A stretch of DNA of 64,000 nucleotides from an uncultured bacterium (lineage in GTDB: Bacteria; Fidelibacterota; Marinisomatia; Marinisomatales; UBA1611), in NCBI GenBank assembly GCA_913020665.1, contig CAJVZI010000001.1, positions 4,098 to 68,097 of the forward strand. The letters are read 5' to 3'. This document shows, in pieces, positions 40,956 to 49,858 of the stretch. A program made the translations under genes and the position numbers. Within the stretch, counting starts at the first letter, position 1. Every line of letters begins with the position of its first letter. The notes below the pieces were generated by a model. That model was not told the origin of the DNA. It did not search any database and was given only the letters and a program-made list of their open reading frames with translations.

Positions 40956-41973
40956 ATATCATATCCCATTTAAGCGTTAACCAAAATTGCATTTGTTCAA
41001 AACTCTTAAGATCTTTTACCCAATCATATTCGGAGTCAGTTTGACGAGTTCTATACCTTGTTGAAAAGGTGATATTAACAATATCAGTTATATTCTTTTT
41101 CAACCAAATATCATATTTAGAGTCTAAGTGGCTCCTGCCAGCATGCAAAGGATCATTAGGGTCTTCAGCATCATATACTCTTTTTTCTAAACGAGTGGAA
41201 AATCCTATCTCACTAAAGAAAGGAACCTTTTTTTTGATCTTAATTGGCGCATACCACTCTATTGTCTCATAAGAACGATTGAAACTGCTAGGCCTTTCAG
41301 GTAAAAAATGTGATTCATTGACCGCACGACCATGATTCACTTGGAGTGCAACATTACCGATCTTTTTGATCTTATAATTCAATTTAGCTTTGTAATAAAC
41401 TATATCAAGATCAAACTCTGTAAAAGGCTTTGAGTAATATCTTTGTAAATATCCACCACCAAAATTCATCCATGAGAGTTTTGATATCCGTTGGGATAAC
41501 ATAAGACTTTGATTTCTATCAGTGAATAAGCATGGTGAAAGTTTATCATTACTGATATCTCTATTGGTATAGTGCCTCAAATAAAAACGATCCAGATGAC
41601 GTAATGAATATTTGATATTTTTATAAGAACCCCATTTATACGCGATATCGAAGCCACCTGACCAATATTTCTTTTCTGGAGTATTTCTATAATCTGAAGA
41701 TGTAAACAGTAATTTCAGATCTAGATTCTGATATTTTGAATATATAATTGATTTTGTTGCTTGGAAGCTCAGTTTTGTAACAAAACTATCAAAAGTAGTT
41801 GACCCACCCATGATGCTGAGATCTTGAGCAGCATCATTGAATTCATCCTTAGAGAAACGCAAAACATTATCATCATAACCACCCGTAAATCCTATGGTGT
41901 AGTCTAGGGGCGTCCCTCCCCATAAATATGAAATAAAAAAAAGAGTAAATGCTATCTGTATAAATCGAAACAT
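40942..41973 (-). CDS. Putative outer-membrane beta-barrel protein
   Basis: Signal peptide, GYDDNV start motif, alternating aromatic strands, C-terminal aromatic residue, K/R-rich. Confidence 0.65.
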   Translation of the reverse strand: MFRFIQIAFTLFFISYLWGGTPLDYTIGFTGGYDDNVLRFSKDEFNDAAQDLSIMGGSTTFDSFVTKLSFQATKSIIYSKYQNLDLKLLFTSSDYRNTPEKKYWSGGFDIAYKWGSYKNIKYSLRHLDRFYLRHYTNRDISNDKLSPCLFTDRNQSLMLSQRISKLSWMNFGGGYLQRYYSKPFTEFDLDIVYYKAKLNYKIKKIGNVALQVNHGRAVNESHFLPERPSSFNRSYETIEWYAPIKIKKKVPFFSEIGFSTRLEKRVYDAEDPNDPLHAGRSHLDSKYDIWLKKNITDIVNITFSTRYRTRQTDSEYDWVKDLKSFEQMQFWLTLKWDMIYDKY

Positions 41974-42851
41974 TAGTAAAGTATAAAACGGGTAAGAACT
42001 ACTTTATCCCTATCCAAAACTTCTAGATCATAGCGATGCTTTCCTTTTGGCACAGTAAACTCACAAGACCTCCATTTTCCTGGCACCTTATCCATCCTTC
42101 CTTCTATTTCTGATGCTGAAGATCTTTCAGTACTGAAATAATAGGTACCGATGATCTTTTTTCCCTCACTGATTCTTAATCGATAGGATTCCTCCTGGCC
42201 CATAATATCTGAGAACTGAAGACGTGTCATAACCCGCATTGTTCTTTCACCATTAGCCTCGATCTGTAGTGGGAGTTCCGGACTGCATTCATAATAACTT
42301 ATAGTGCTATTATCCGTACGTAACTTCACAGCGTTTTTGTGTACCATGGGTGTCAGAATTTTCTTTTTCTTTCCAACTGACTCAAATTCCTTAGTAATTA
42401 GACGTATGAGGACGGGATATTTCTGGTCCTTATCTTCTAGAAGCTCAATAGTATGAGGTCCCTTATCTAGATTAATAAAATAATTGCCTGAATAAGTATA
42501 ACTATGCTTCGGATGCTGCACAGATCGGATAGACCTCTGCACTTTATAACGGTGTTTAACAATGACAGTATCTTTTGAATCGATAACAATAGAATATTGA
42601 AATGAATGACTTTTTTTCTTCTTCCTTATGACAGGATATCTTGATATGAACTCAATGCGACTAGGTCCTTGGACAGCATAATGAATGTTTTGGTCTTTGA
42701 TAGGATAATACAATCTCCTTTTACCATTAATGATCAATATTTCTTTCTCATCACTATTCTTTGATGGCTTAAGAAGTTTTGCTTCTAATGGCCAAGCTAA
42801 TAGTATTGCAATAATGAAGGCTAGTTTTCTATAGTAAGCTATCTGGCTCAT
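41973..42851 (-). CDS. Basic exported protein with two tandem beta-sandwich repeats
   Basis: Signal peptide (..PLEA|K), internal duplication (LYY..GP..I...R / SYY..GE..M...R; LDKGPHTI / VPKGKHRY), strongly K/R-rich. Confidence 0.6.
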   Translation of the reverse strand: MSQIAYYRKLAFIIAILLAWPLEAKLLKPSKNSDEKEILIINGKRRLYYPIKDQNIHYAVQGPSRIEFISRYPVIRKKKKSHSFQYSIVIDSKDTVIVKHRYKVQRSIRSVQHPKHSYTYSGNYFINLDKGPHTIELLEDKDQKYPVLIRLITKEFESVGKKKKILTPMVHKNAVKLRTDNSTISYYECSPELPLQIEANGERTMRVMTRLQFSDIMGQEESYRLRISEGKKIIGTYYFSTERSSASEIEGRMDKVPGKWRSCEFTVPKGKHRYDLEVLDRDKVVLTRFILY

Positions 42852-43980
42852 GCTGTAATAAATGCTCTTTTATCTTTTGTTTACTATGCAACCCAACAGA
42901 AAATACACTACCGCCTACGATCAAAAGGCAAATGGCTGCTACCCATACATTATATCTTTCATCTGCGTATAAACTTCCGGTACCTATTTCAGGGATCGGT
43001 ATCGGTGCAAATGGCATCTTAAACTGCTCTGTAAGGGGTCGAATATTAAGAATATGTAGGCCTGGAACATTAGAATTTAAAAATTTAGAAAATACACCTT
43101 CAATTCCACCAGGTCGTCCTATATCTGAGATATCTGATCTCAATACCACTCCAGGCGGTAATAGCTTAAGATTAAAACTAGTTCCGAGACTAGCAACACC
43201 ACCACCCACATTGATAATTGCCTTATAATCAGTTATGGGCTTAAAACCAGAGAATAGATCCATTCTATATTGAATATTATCTGCAAGCCTGTCTTTGCGA
43301 ATCATCTGTATACCATGGCCAGTAATATTATCTGCAATGATCTTTCTCCCTGCAGGAGACAACAAGCGTCCCATATCATTGCGCCCACCAATAGATGCAG
43401 CAAAACTTTTTGAAGGAATAAGGTCGTTTTTAAAAAGAATTGACTCCATATCTAACCAGGTGAAATCCACCTGATTTGCTCCCCATTGTGAAGCACCAAC
43501 ACTTGTAATGGATATAGGGTGTAACCCTAACGCTTTACATGCTGTAAGAACTGCTATATTTGCACCAGGCATTGACCCTGTCATTAAAATTGCAACTGTG
43601 TCTTTGGCGACTAAATTCAATTGGGCCATTAGATCAACGATCGCTGCTGAAAAATTAGGATCCAACGTGGTCAATTTAGAATCAAGATCACCTTCATCCG
43701 TTGTGATCAAACTAAAGGGGCTACCCACCAACCCTGTTTCATTTGGGTCATTTTCAATATCAATGAAGACACTTGATTCCATCCTAGTATCTTTCAATGT
43801 TTCCATCGCATTTTTCATAAGCCTAGCAGCCTTAACCTTTGCATCATATGAGCCAGAAACATCAATGGTCCTTATGCTGACCGAGATAATAAAACAGATC
43901 ATGGATAACAATGACAACAGCACCAGAGTAGAGGTCTTTTGAATGGCCGGTATGAAAGGCTGTTTTTTATAATTATTCAA
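42829..43980 (-). CDS. pgsW: Poly-gamma-glutamate system protein PgsW
   Basis: DPNETGLVG..S.ITT..G.L.SK.T..DPNF, TGS.PG.N.A, S.GAS.WGAN and INVGGG. Directly after pgsC. Start set at TTG 43980 after GGAG. Confidence 0.88.
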   Translation of the reverse strand: MNNYKKQPFIPAIQKTSTLVLLSLLSMICFIISVSIRTIDVSGSYDAKVKAARLMKNAMETLKDTRMESSVFIDIENDPNETGLVGSPFSLITTDEGDLDSKLTTLDPNFSAAIVDLMAQLNLVAKDTVAILMTGSMPGANIAVLTACKALGLHPISITSVGASQWGANQVDFTWLDMESILFKNDLIPSKSFAASIGGRNDMGRLLSPAGRKIIADNITGHGIQMIRKDRLADNIQYRMDLFSGFKPITDYKAIINVGGGVASLGTSFNLKLLPPGVVLRSDISDIGRPGGIEGVFSKFLNSNVPGLHILNIRPLTEQFKMPFAPIPIPEIGTGSLYADERYNVWVAAICLLIVGGSVFSVGLHSKQKIKEHLLQHEPDSLL

Positions 43981-44416
43981 AAAGGACTCCACCAAAAAGT
44001 AGAATAACAGATAGCTTGACCATTACAGCTGTTAGAATAACAACAGATAGTGTCCGTATGATCCCTTGTCGATCCATCCAATTAGCGATCAGACCAGGAA
44101 TAATATTTCCAATCACAGCTACCGAACCTATATCCTGGGGTAAATAAATAAAATTTCTCGAAATGTAGCCAAAGAAAAATCCAAGTATCAATGCCAGAAC
44201 TATTCGACGCTTCCCGTAAAGGAACATGACTCTTCCCATGCCCTGAATGATAGCCCATACCAATATAGCAACGAGAAATGTTACTATCACTTGCAGTGGT
44301 TCATGAAGATATAAAGCAATATAACCAGGAACAATAATACCACCTGCCGTAACTCCAAGAGTTTCGGATAGTACTAAACTAAGGAAAATACCTAAACCAA
44401 TACTGATCTCAACCAT
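43973..44416 (-). CDS. pgsC: Poly-gamma-glutamate synthesis protein PgsC/CapC
   Basis: GG.IVPGY.AL, LYG.RR and IIPGLIA.W..RQG motifs. Confidence 0.95.
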   Translation of the reverse strand: MVEISIGLGIFLSLVLSETLGVTAGGIIVPGYIALYLHEPLQVIVTFLVAILVWAIIQGMGRVMFLYGKRRIVLALILGFFFGYISRNFIYLPQDIGSVAVIGNIIPGLIANWMDRQGIIRTLSVVILTAVMVKLSVILLFGGVLFE

Positions 44417-45590
44417 GGTGCCTATACTCTGAGATCAATTGTAATATTTCTTGCCCAGCTCCAACTTGATTACCAATGGCATATATTAATGTATCATTTG
44501 GTAGTTCTTCTAAATGCGTTACTACATTAATAAGCGGTTCATCAAGTCCCAAAACTTTTACACTTGTCTTGGGAGAATGATGTACTAGTCCTTTTACGGT
44601 AGATGCGACCTTATCCCCTCTTATGATAAAGTGATCAGGCTTGATCTGTTCTAAAGTAAGCTCTATCATTTGCCGGGTTCTCAATGGTCTGTCTTCCCTA
44701 GAATTAAAAAAAATGCAGGTACCGCCATCAGCTGGATAACGACCAATGACAAATTTCCATATCTGTAGTGTTGAGACTGGATCATTTGCTGCCATACCGT
44801 TTACAAATTGTAATCTTTTTTCTTTTACATCTAGATTCCACGCTATCAAAGCTCCTACATCAGGCTGTACTTTATGCATTCCTGCAAGTGCAATGTCCCT
44901 GCTTACACCTGCTTTTTCACAAGTATCCAGCGCTACTGCAACATTTGAAGGATGCTCCATATAGGTAAACTGATCTAATTCGTCATCCGTAACTGAACTA
45001 TGATCTGAAAGTATGAAGTCAGATCCATTAGATTCTGCAACTTCTTCTAATATATTCGTTTTTTGGTCCTCTGCAGTTATAAGGATACCATTCAACGGGA
45101 TCGTATTGCATAAACTATATGCCACATCATCCTCAGTTGGTCCCATTTCATCTAAGTGATCCGGACGAACATTAGTAATGACACCGATATGCGACCTCAC
45201 CATTTGATGCTCAGCTATCCATTGATATTGAGGTTGTACTGCCATGCATTCCATAACCACCGCCTCTGGTTTCTCTGAGGCAAAATAATTAAGTAATCGT
45301 ACCTGCTCACCTATCGAGGGTAAACGAAGCCGATGGATTATACGGTCTTTTCCTTCTGCATCAATTACTCTTGGGGCAGTACCTGTGGTTTTTGCAAATG
45401 TTCTGATCCCTCCTTCTCGGAGCCCTGCTGCCACAAGGCGAGTTACGCTGGACTTTCCTCGAGTACCATTAACATGTATTCTGAGTGGGATCGCATCTAA
45501 AGAACGAAGATGATATTGAAATTCAAGTATGCCAGCAATACATAGTGCAAAAGCGAGTGTGCCAAGCACAATAAGGGGGATAGTTGCCAT
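44409..45590 (-). CDS. pgsB: Poly-gamma-glutamate synthase PgsB/CapB
   Basis: IHVNGTRGKSSVTRL, KTTGT, IGEQ, ECMAVQP.YQ, TNVR.DHLD.MGPT and N..AAND motifs. Confidence 0.95.
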   Translation of the reverse strand: MATIPLIVLGTLAFALCIAGILEFQYHLRSLDAIPLRIHVNGTRGKSSVTRLVAAGLREGGIRTFAKTTGTAPRVIDAEGKDRIIHRLRLPSIGEQVRLLNYFASEKPEAVVMECMAVQPQYQWIAEHQMVRSHIGVITNVRPDHLDEMGPTEDDVAYSLCNTIPLNGILITAEDQKTNILEEVAESNGSDFILSDHSSVTDDELDQFTYMEHPSNVAVALDTCEKAGVSRDIALAGMHKVQPDVGALIAWNLDVKEKRLQFVNGMAANDPVSTLQIWKFVIGRYPADGGTCIFFNSREDRPLRTRQMIELTLEQIKPDHFIIRGDKVASTVKGLVHHSPKTSVKVLGLDEPLINVVTHLEELPNDTLIYAIGNQVGAGQEILQLISEYRHHG

Positions 45591-45610
45591 TACATCTTGA
45601 ATAGATCTTT

Positions 45611-48600
45611 CTAGTCTTGGTTATACCCCATGATCATCTGGATCAGAGATATTAGGTCCATAACATTGACCATACCATCACCATTGATATCACCAAAGAA
45701 GGGGTTCACCTGTCCTTCATACCCTAAATTAAAATCTACCAGCAACATTAGGTCATAGATGTCTATAACTTCATCGTAGTTCAGGTCTCCTTCCAGCCTC
45801 ATATCACTCCCACGTGTGGTGATCAATACAGCCGTTTCATCTGATAATTCCATTGCAGCATCGTGATAGGTATCATTGAATGTATACTGTAGACCTCTGG
45901 TCATGGTATGATCTTCTATACCAACTGAACAATAATTTCCATGTATCTGATCCCAACTATAAGAGCCATATGAAGTATTATTGAATTCTTTGTATTGCAA
46001 AAGTATCTCACCATCTCCAGTAGGTGTAATGTAATAGCTAGGATCGTAAAGCACTGCCTGGAATGTTTCTAGTGAATTGTTTTGATACGTACGAACCTCT
46101 GACCACTCTACATAAAATTTCTTCTCAATCTGGTCATGCCAAGTGTACACCCTACCTCCATTGGAAAGTTTAAGATCATCCCAGAAAACTGCTATCATTT
46201 TTGCAGGTCCACCAACCCCTGGCATCTGATAATTTCGAAATGATTCCAGATCTGTCTCACCCATTGCGATCCAACCATTTGAACATATACTGATCTCGTC
46301 ATACTCTTGACCATAGAACTTAAAAGTGAATGGTAAGCTTATGGTCTCAACATCGTCCTGGTTATTTCCACTATCAGTAAGCGAATTCAGATGAGTACCT
46401 GGCCCACCTTCTCTCGCATCGATCTCGACCCAATTATAAGTAGGAGCTAGCACATAGTTAATATCCTCATTATCGTAGATATAATATCCATAGGAATCAG
46501 GTCCAACAGGGTCATTGACAGTAGGCTCTCCTATTTGAACCTCAATGATAGAATTTGATGTATACCCCTCTTCGGTCTCAAGGCTAACGATCAAATGTGC
46601 TATGGCTCCAGGAATGGTCACATCAAGAGCACTTAGTTCAAAATAATCATTACCATTGAATGAAGATTCTCCAGAGTTAATAGATACCCAGGTTCCGTTA
46701 TCATCCAGTATTTCTATAAATGGTGATGCACATGTTATTGTACCAGAAACTGACACCGCATGTGTAGAACCTGTATTATTTAGCTCGATCTTTACAAATG
46801 AGGATTCTCCGGGTGTTAATACATCACTGGCTGAGCCCAATACATCTACATCTATTGCACTAAGTTGATTGCCATGCACACTAATATCTAAAATTCCATC
46901 AAAACTTCCACCATCACTATCTAAAAAGGTAACCAGAAGATCGAGGTCTGCACCATCATGCAGTCCATCATTCAATACCACAACAAATGGTACGCTTCCA
47001 TTTGAAGTTTCACCTGAAGCAATATCTCCAAATTCTACCATGTTTGCTGTAGTGTCAATTGACACATTCCCACTTGTTGATGACATGTATCCAATAACAT
47101 TTGTCGCATCTTCTGAACCATAGTTTTTTGCGCTGACAAAGATCTCCAATGTCTCACCACCATTTGCAATAAGATCACCATTACCATTTGATAGGCCAGA
47201 GCCATCATCATCAATTGTATAAGGCGATGGTGCAACTCCAATCGCTACACCAGGGTCATGGATCTGGAATGAGCTTTGATATGGGTAATGATTTTTCTTT
47301 GTAACCGTTACAAGAACCTCACCAGTCTCCGTAGATGTGATCGGCAACCTAACAGATCCTTGGTCATCAGTGTAACCTGATTCAAATATCTCATCATCCA
47401 TAAGTATCGTTACCCAGGCGTTCTCAACAGGGCCATTATCTTTATCTACTGTAATATCAATAAAATTTGATCCTGTTGTTATTGAAAATGGATGCGTTAC
47501 CGTAGTCATTTCAGGATAATCGGTCCACATTTGGAGGGACGATTCGCCCATCAAATTATTCCAGTGAGTAAATATATGGCAGTAATTATTTGGGTTAGAC
47601 GGGTAGTTGTGATAGAGCATCATCTTACCATACATCAATGCCGCACCAGGAGTTTCAAGGCCTTCCAATAAGGCCGCATAGTAGAAGCCCATATCAACAA
47701 TATTGTTGAACATGGTGTGCGTACCAAGTGTTGCTGTACCTACACAAACAACAGACCCTTTCGGGTTGGACGCTGTGCCTGCTCTTAAAAAAGACTCTGA
47801 TAGAGCCTCATTGCTTGATGCAAATGATCCTGTACCACATGTGATCACCGTGGCAACGGGCAACATAAAACCATTTGATGTGCTATTAACATTGCTGGAA
47901 CCAAAACCACTCACACCATAGTAACCTCTGTAATTAAAAAAGGATACACCATCGTTCAATCCGGATACCATTTGGCTTGGGAAAGAACCACTGTATACCG
48001 TATTCACTTCCTCAAAACCGGCTAGGTCCAGTAGCTCATGTATATGTTCATTAGTGATCACACATGATATACCAGATGTGTTTGGATCTCCTACCAAGCA
48101 GGCGCGTTGGAACCAATTTTCATTCATATAAGGATTCGATTCATAATTCAGTGTCTTACTTATGATCGTATTCAAATGAGAGCTTGAAGAAAAAGACATC
48201 CTTCCAATGAAAACCTCAGGATATACGTCTCCACCTTCTAAAGTTGTATAAGGTTGATCTCCCTCACCATTATAGCCACTGTATGATTCGGTCCAGGTAG
48301 GTATATCGTAGCTACCAGTAGCATCCCCTACAATATTGACATGCACGGGTGGGTTATCCCAAGTCTCGTATGCTTCTTCAATATAATCTTTTAGGTTATT
48401 TCTATTATTGACCACATTGGAAGACGAAACATATTGCACATCATATCCCACTCTTTTCTTCCAATCCATAAGCTCCTCAACTGTGCCTAATAGATTGCCA
48501 ATATTATTTGGTAGAACATAGAGTATACAAGGACGCTGGTATTCGACTTCGTCTCGAGACATTGAACTATAGTTCACTACAAGTGATTCATATAAGACCT

Positions 48601-49204
48601 CGAACTCACGAGACCTTTTTTGAGGGATAAAAGGCATCTCAACAGAGCCTGATTCAACCAGCTGTATATCAGCGTTTTGAATGATCGTTAGGTTTTTTGT
48701 TTGAGGGTCATACTGGAAAGGGGTCATTGACACCTGGACCATAACAATATCTCTAAATACCATTGGCTCAGAAATAGTTGCGATCTGCTCTGGAAAAGTT
48801 ATACTCTGATCATAGACGCTACCTTTGGTATAATTTTCAGTCAGCTCTGGCTCCCAGGTCTGGAATGGCAATACATCTACATTTTCAATGATCTCGGATT
48901 CGTGAATCGTGATCTCAACCTCAAAGGACTTCCCAGGTTCAACAGCATAGAAAGTAGATACCGTAGGGAGATCAGGGTCTCCAGATCGTGACTTGGACCC
49001 AGCACCAGGCATTTCAGGCTTGATATAGGTAATTCCATCCTGGATTACCTCTTTTAATTCGTATCCTGAATTAGAAAAAGTCAGTTGTTTTTCTACACTA
49101 GTAGCATTAAAAACACTGTGAATTGCTTCAGGTGTAGATGCTTCTGATGCAATTAAAATGCTAAAAGCTGAAATTATCCATAACCGACTGCATATTTTTA
49201 TCAT
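45611..49204 (-). CDS. Peptidase C25 (gingipain-like) protein with propeptide, Ig domains, NIDO-like domain and C-terminal dockerin
   Basis: Propeptide (G.P.LP...; P.QY.P), VGD, PEVFIGRMS, NYRGYYG, ITCGTG, NLMGE, and a duplicated dockerin motif GDLNYDEVIDIYDL...GDINGDGMVNVMDL. Confidence 0.88.
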   Translation of the reverse strand: MIKICSRLWIISAFSILIASEASTPEAIHSVFNATSVEKQLTFSNSGYELKEVIQDGITYIKPEMPGAGSKSRSGDPDLPTVSTFYAVEPGKSFEVEITIHESEIIENVDVLPFQTWEPELTENYTKGSVYDQSITFPEQIATISEPMVFRDIVMVQVSMTPFQYDPQTKNLTIIQNADIQLVESGSVEMPFIPQKRSREFEVLYESLVVNYSSMSRDEVEYQRPCILYVLPNNIGNLLGTVEELMDWKKRVGYDVQYVSSSNVVNNRNNLKDYIEEAYETWDNPPVHVNIVGDATGSYDIPTWTESYSGYNGEGDQPYTTLEGGDVYPEVFIGRMSFSSSSHLNTIISKTLNYESNPYMNENWFQRACLVGDPNTSGISCVITNEHIHELLDLAGFEEVNTVYSGSFPSQMVSGLNDGVSFFNYRGYYGVSGFGSSNVNSTSNGFMLPVATVITCGTGSFASSNEALSESFLRAGTASNPKGSVVCVGTATLGTHTMFNNIVDMGFYYAALLEGLETPGAALMYGKMMLYHNYPSNPNNYCHIFTHWNNLMGESSLQMWTDYPEMTTVTHPFSITTGSNFIDITVDKDNGPVENAWVTILMDDEIFESGYTDDQGSVRLPITSTETGEVLVTVTKKNHYPYQSSFQIHDPGVAIGVAPSPYTIDDDGSGLSNGNGDLIANGGETLEIFVSAKNYGSEDATNVIGYMSSTSGNVSIDTTANMVEFGDIASGETSNGSVPFVVVLNDGLHDGADLDLLVTFLDSDGGSFDGILDISVHGNQLSAIDVDVLGSASDVLTPGESSFVKIELNNTGSTHAVSVSGTITCASPFIEILDDNGTWVSINSGESSFNGNDYFELSALDVTIPGAIAHLIVSLETEEGYTSNSIIEVQIGEPTVNDPVGPDSYGYYIYDNEDINYVLAPTYNWVEIDAREGGPGTHLNSLTDSGNNQDDVETISLPFTFKFYGQEYDEISICSNGWIAMGETDLESFRNYQMPGVGGPAKMIAVFWDDLKLSNGGRVYTWHDQIEKKFYVEWSEVRTYQNNSLETFQAVLYDPSYYITPTGDGEILLQYKEFNNTSYGSYSWDQIHGNYCSVGIEDHTMTRGLQYTFNDTYHDAAMELSDETAVLITTRGSDMRLEGDLNYDEVIDIYDLMLLVDFNLGYEGQVNPFFGDINGDGMVNVMDLISLIQMIMGYNQD

Positions 49205-49212
49205 GTCTGCCT

Positions 49213-49857
49213 CTATTGTAATATCAATAAATGAAAGAATTCTGGGTAGTAGAAACTACCAACATATGTACCCGTTCCTGCAATAGATAAAAACGGGGCC
49301 ATTGGCATTGCCCTATCCTTATCAAAATCTGTTACTATAGAAACGCCTATCCAAGTCAATAAACTCAAAACAGACGCACTAAACAAGGTGATAGCCATCC
49401 TCGTTGGTCCTAACCAGGCACCTAATACCACACCCATCTGTATATCTCCAAATCCCATACCCTGGCGTTTTGTTATCATCCAGAGTAGACCCATGATCAT
49501 CAACGGTATCATCGCTCCAACGAAAACACCCCATAAAGCAGAACTAATGTGCATCACATTCATGACTATTCCGAACAGTGCTAAGCCTAGTCCAATGAGA
49601 ATAAAAATAAGAGGTATTTGGAATGTTTTGTAGTCAACAAAAGCAATACCGGCTAATACAATAACAATGGATGAAAATAATATAGCCTCAGTTAATGGTA
49701 GATTTAAAAATGCCCAAGACCATGATGCCACACCTATGAGTTCAATACTTGGATCTTTCGAGCTCACAACATAGCCATCAATGGATAACCAATTAATAAT
49801 TCGCCTTACAGCATACCCTGCTATGATTCCTCCAAAAACCGGTAAGGTCAATTCCAT
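49213..49857 (-). CDS. pilD: Prepilin peptidase (A24), short form without the Zn/methyltransferase domain
   Basis: Catalytic Asp motifs FVDYKTFQIP and GMGFGD, plus P.APF. No CxxC motifs. Confidence 0.85.
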   Translation of the reverse strand: MELTLPVFGGIIAGYAVRRIINWLSIDGYVVSSKDPSIELIGVASWSWAFLNLPLTEAILFSSIVIVLAGIAFVDYKTFQIPLIFILIGLGLALFGIVMNVMHISSALWGVFVGAMIPLMIMGLLWMITKRQGMGFGDIQMGVVLGAWLGPTRMAITLFSASVLSLLTWIGVSIVTDFDKDRAMPMAPFLSIAGTGTYVGSFYYPEFFHLLILQ

Positions 49858-49858
49858 A

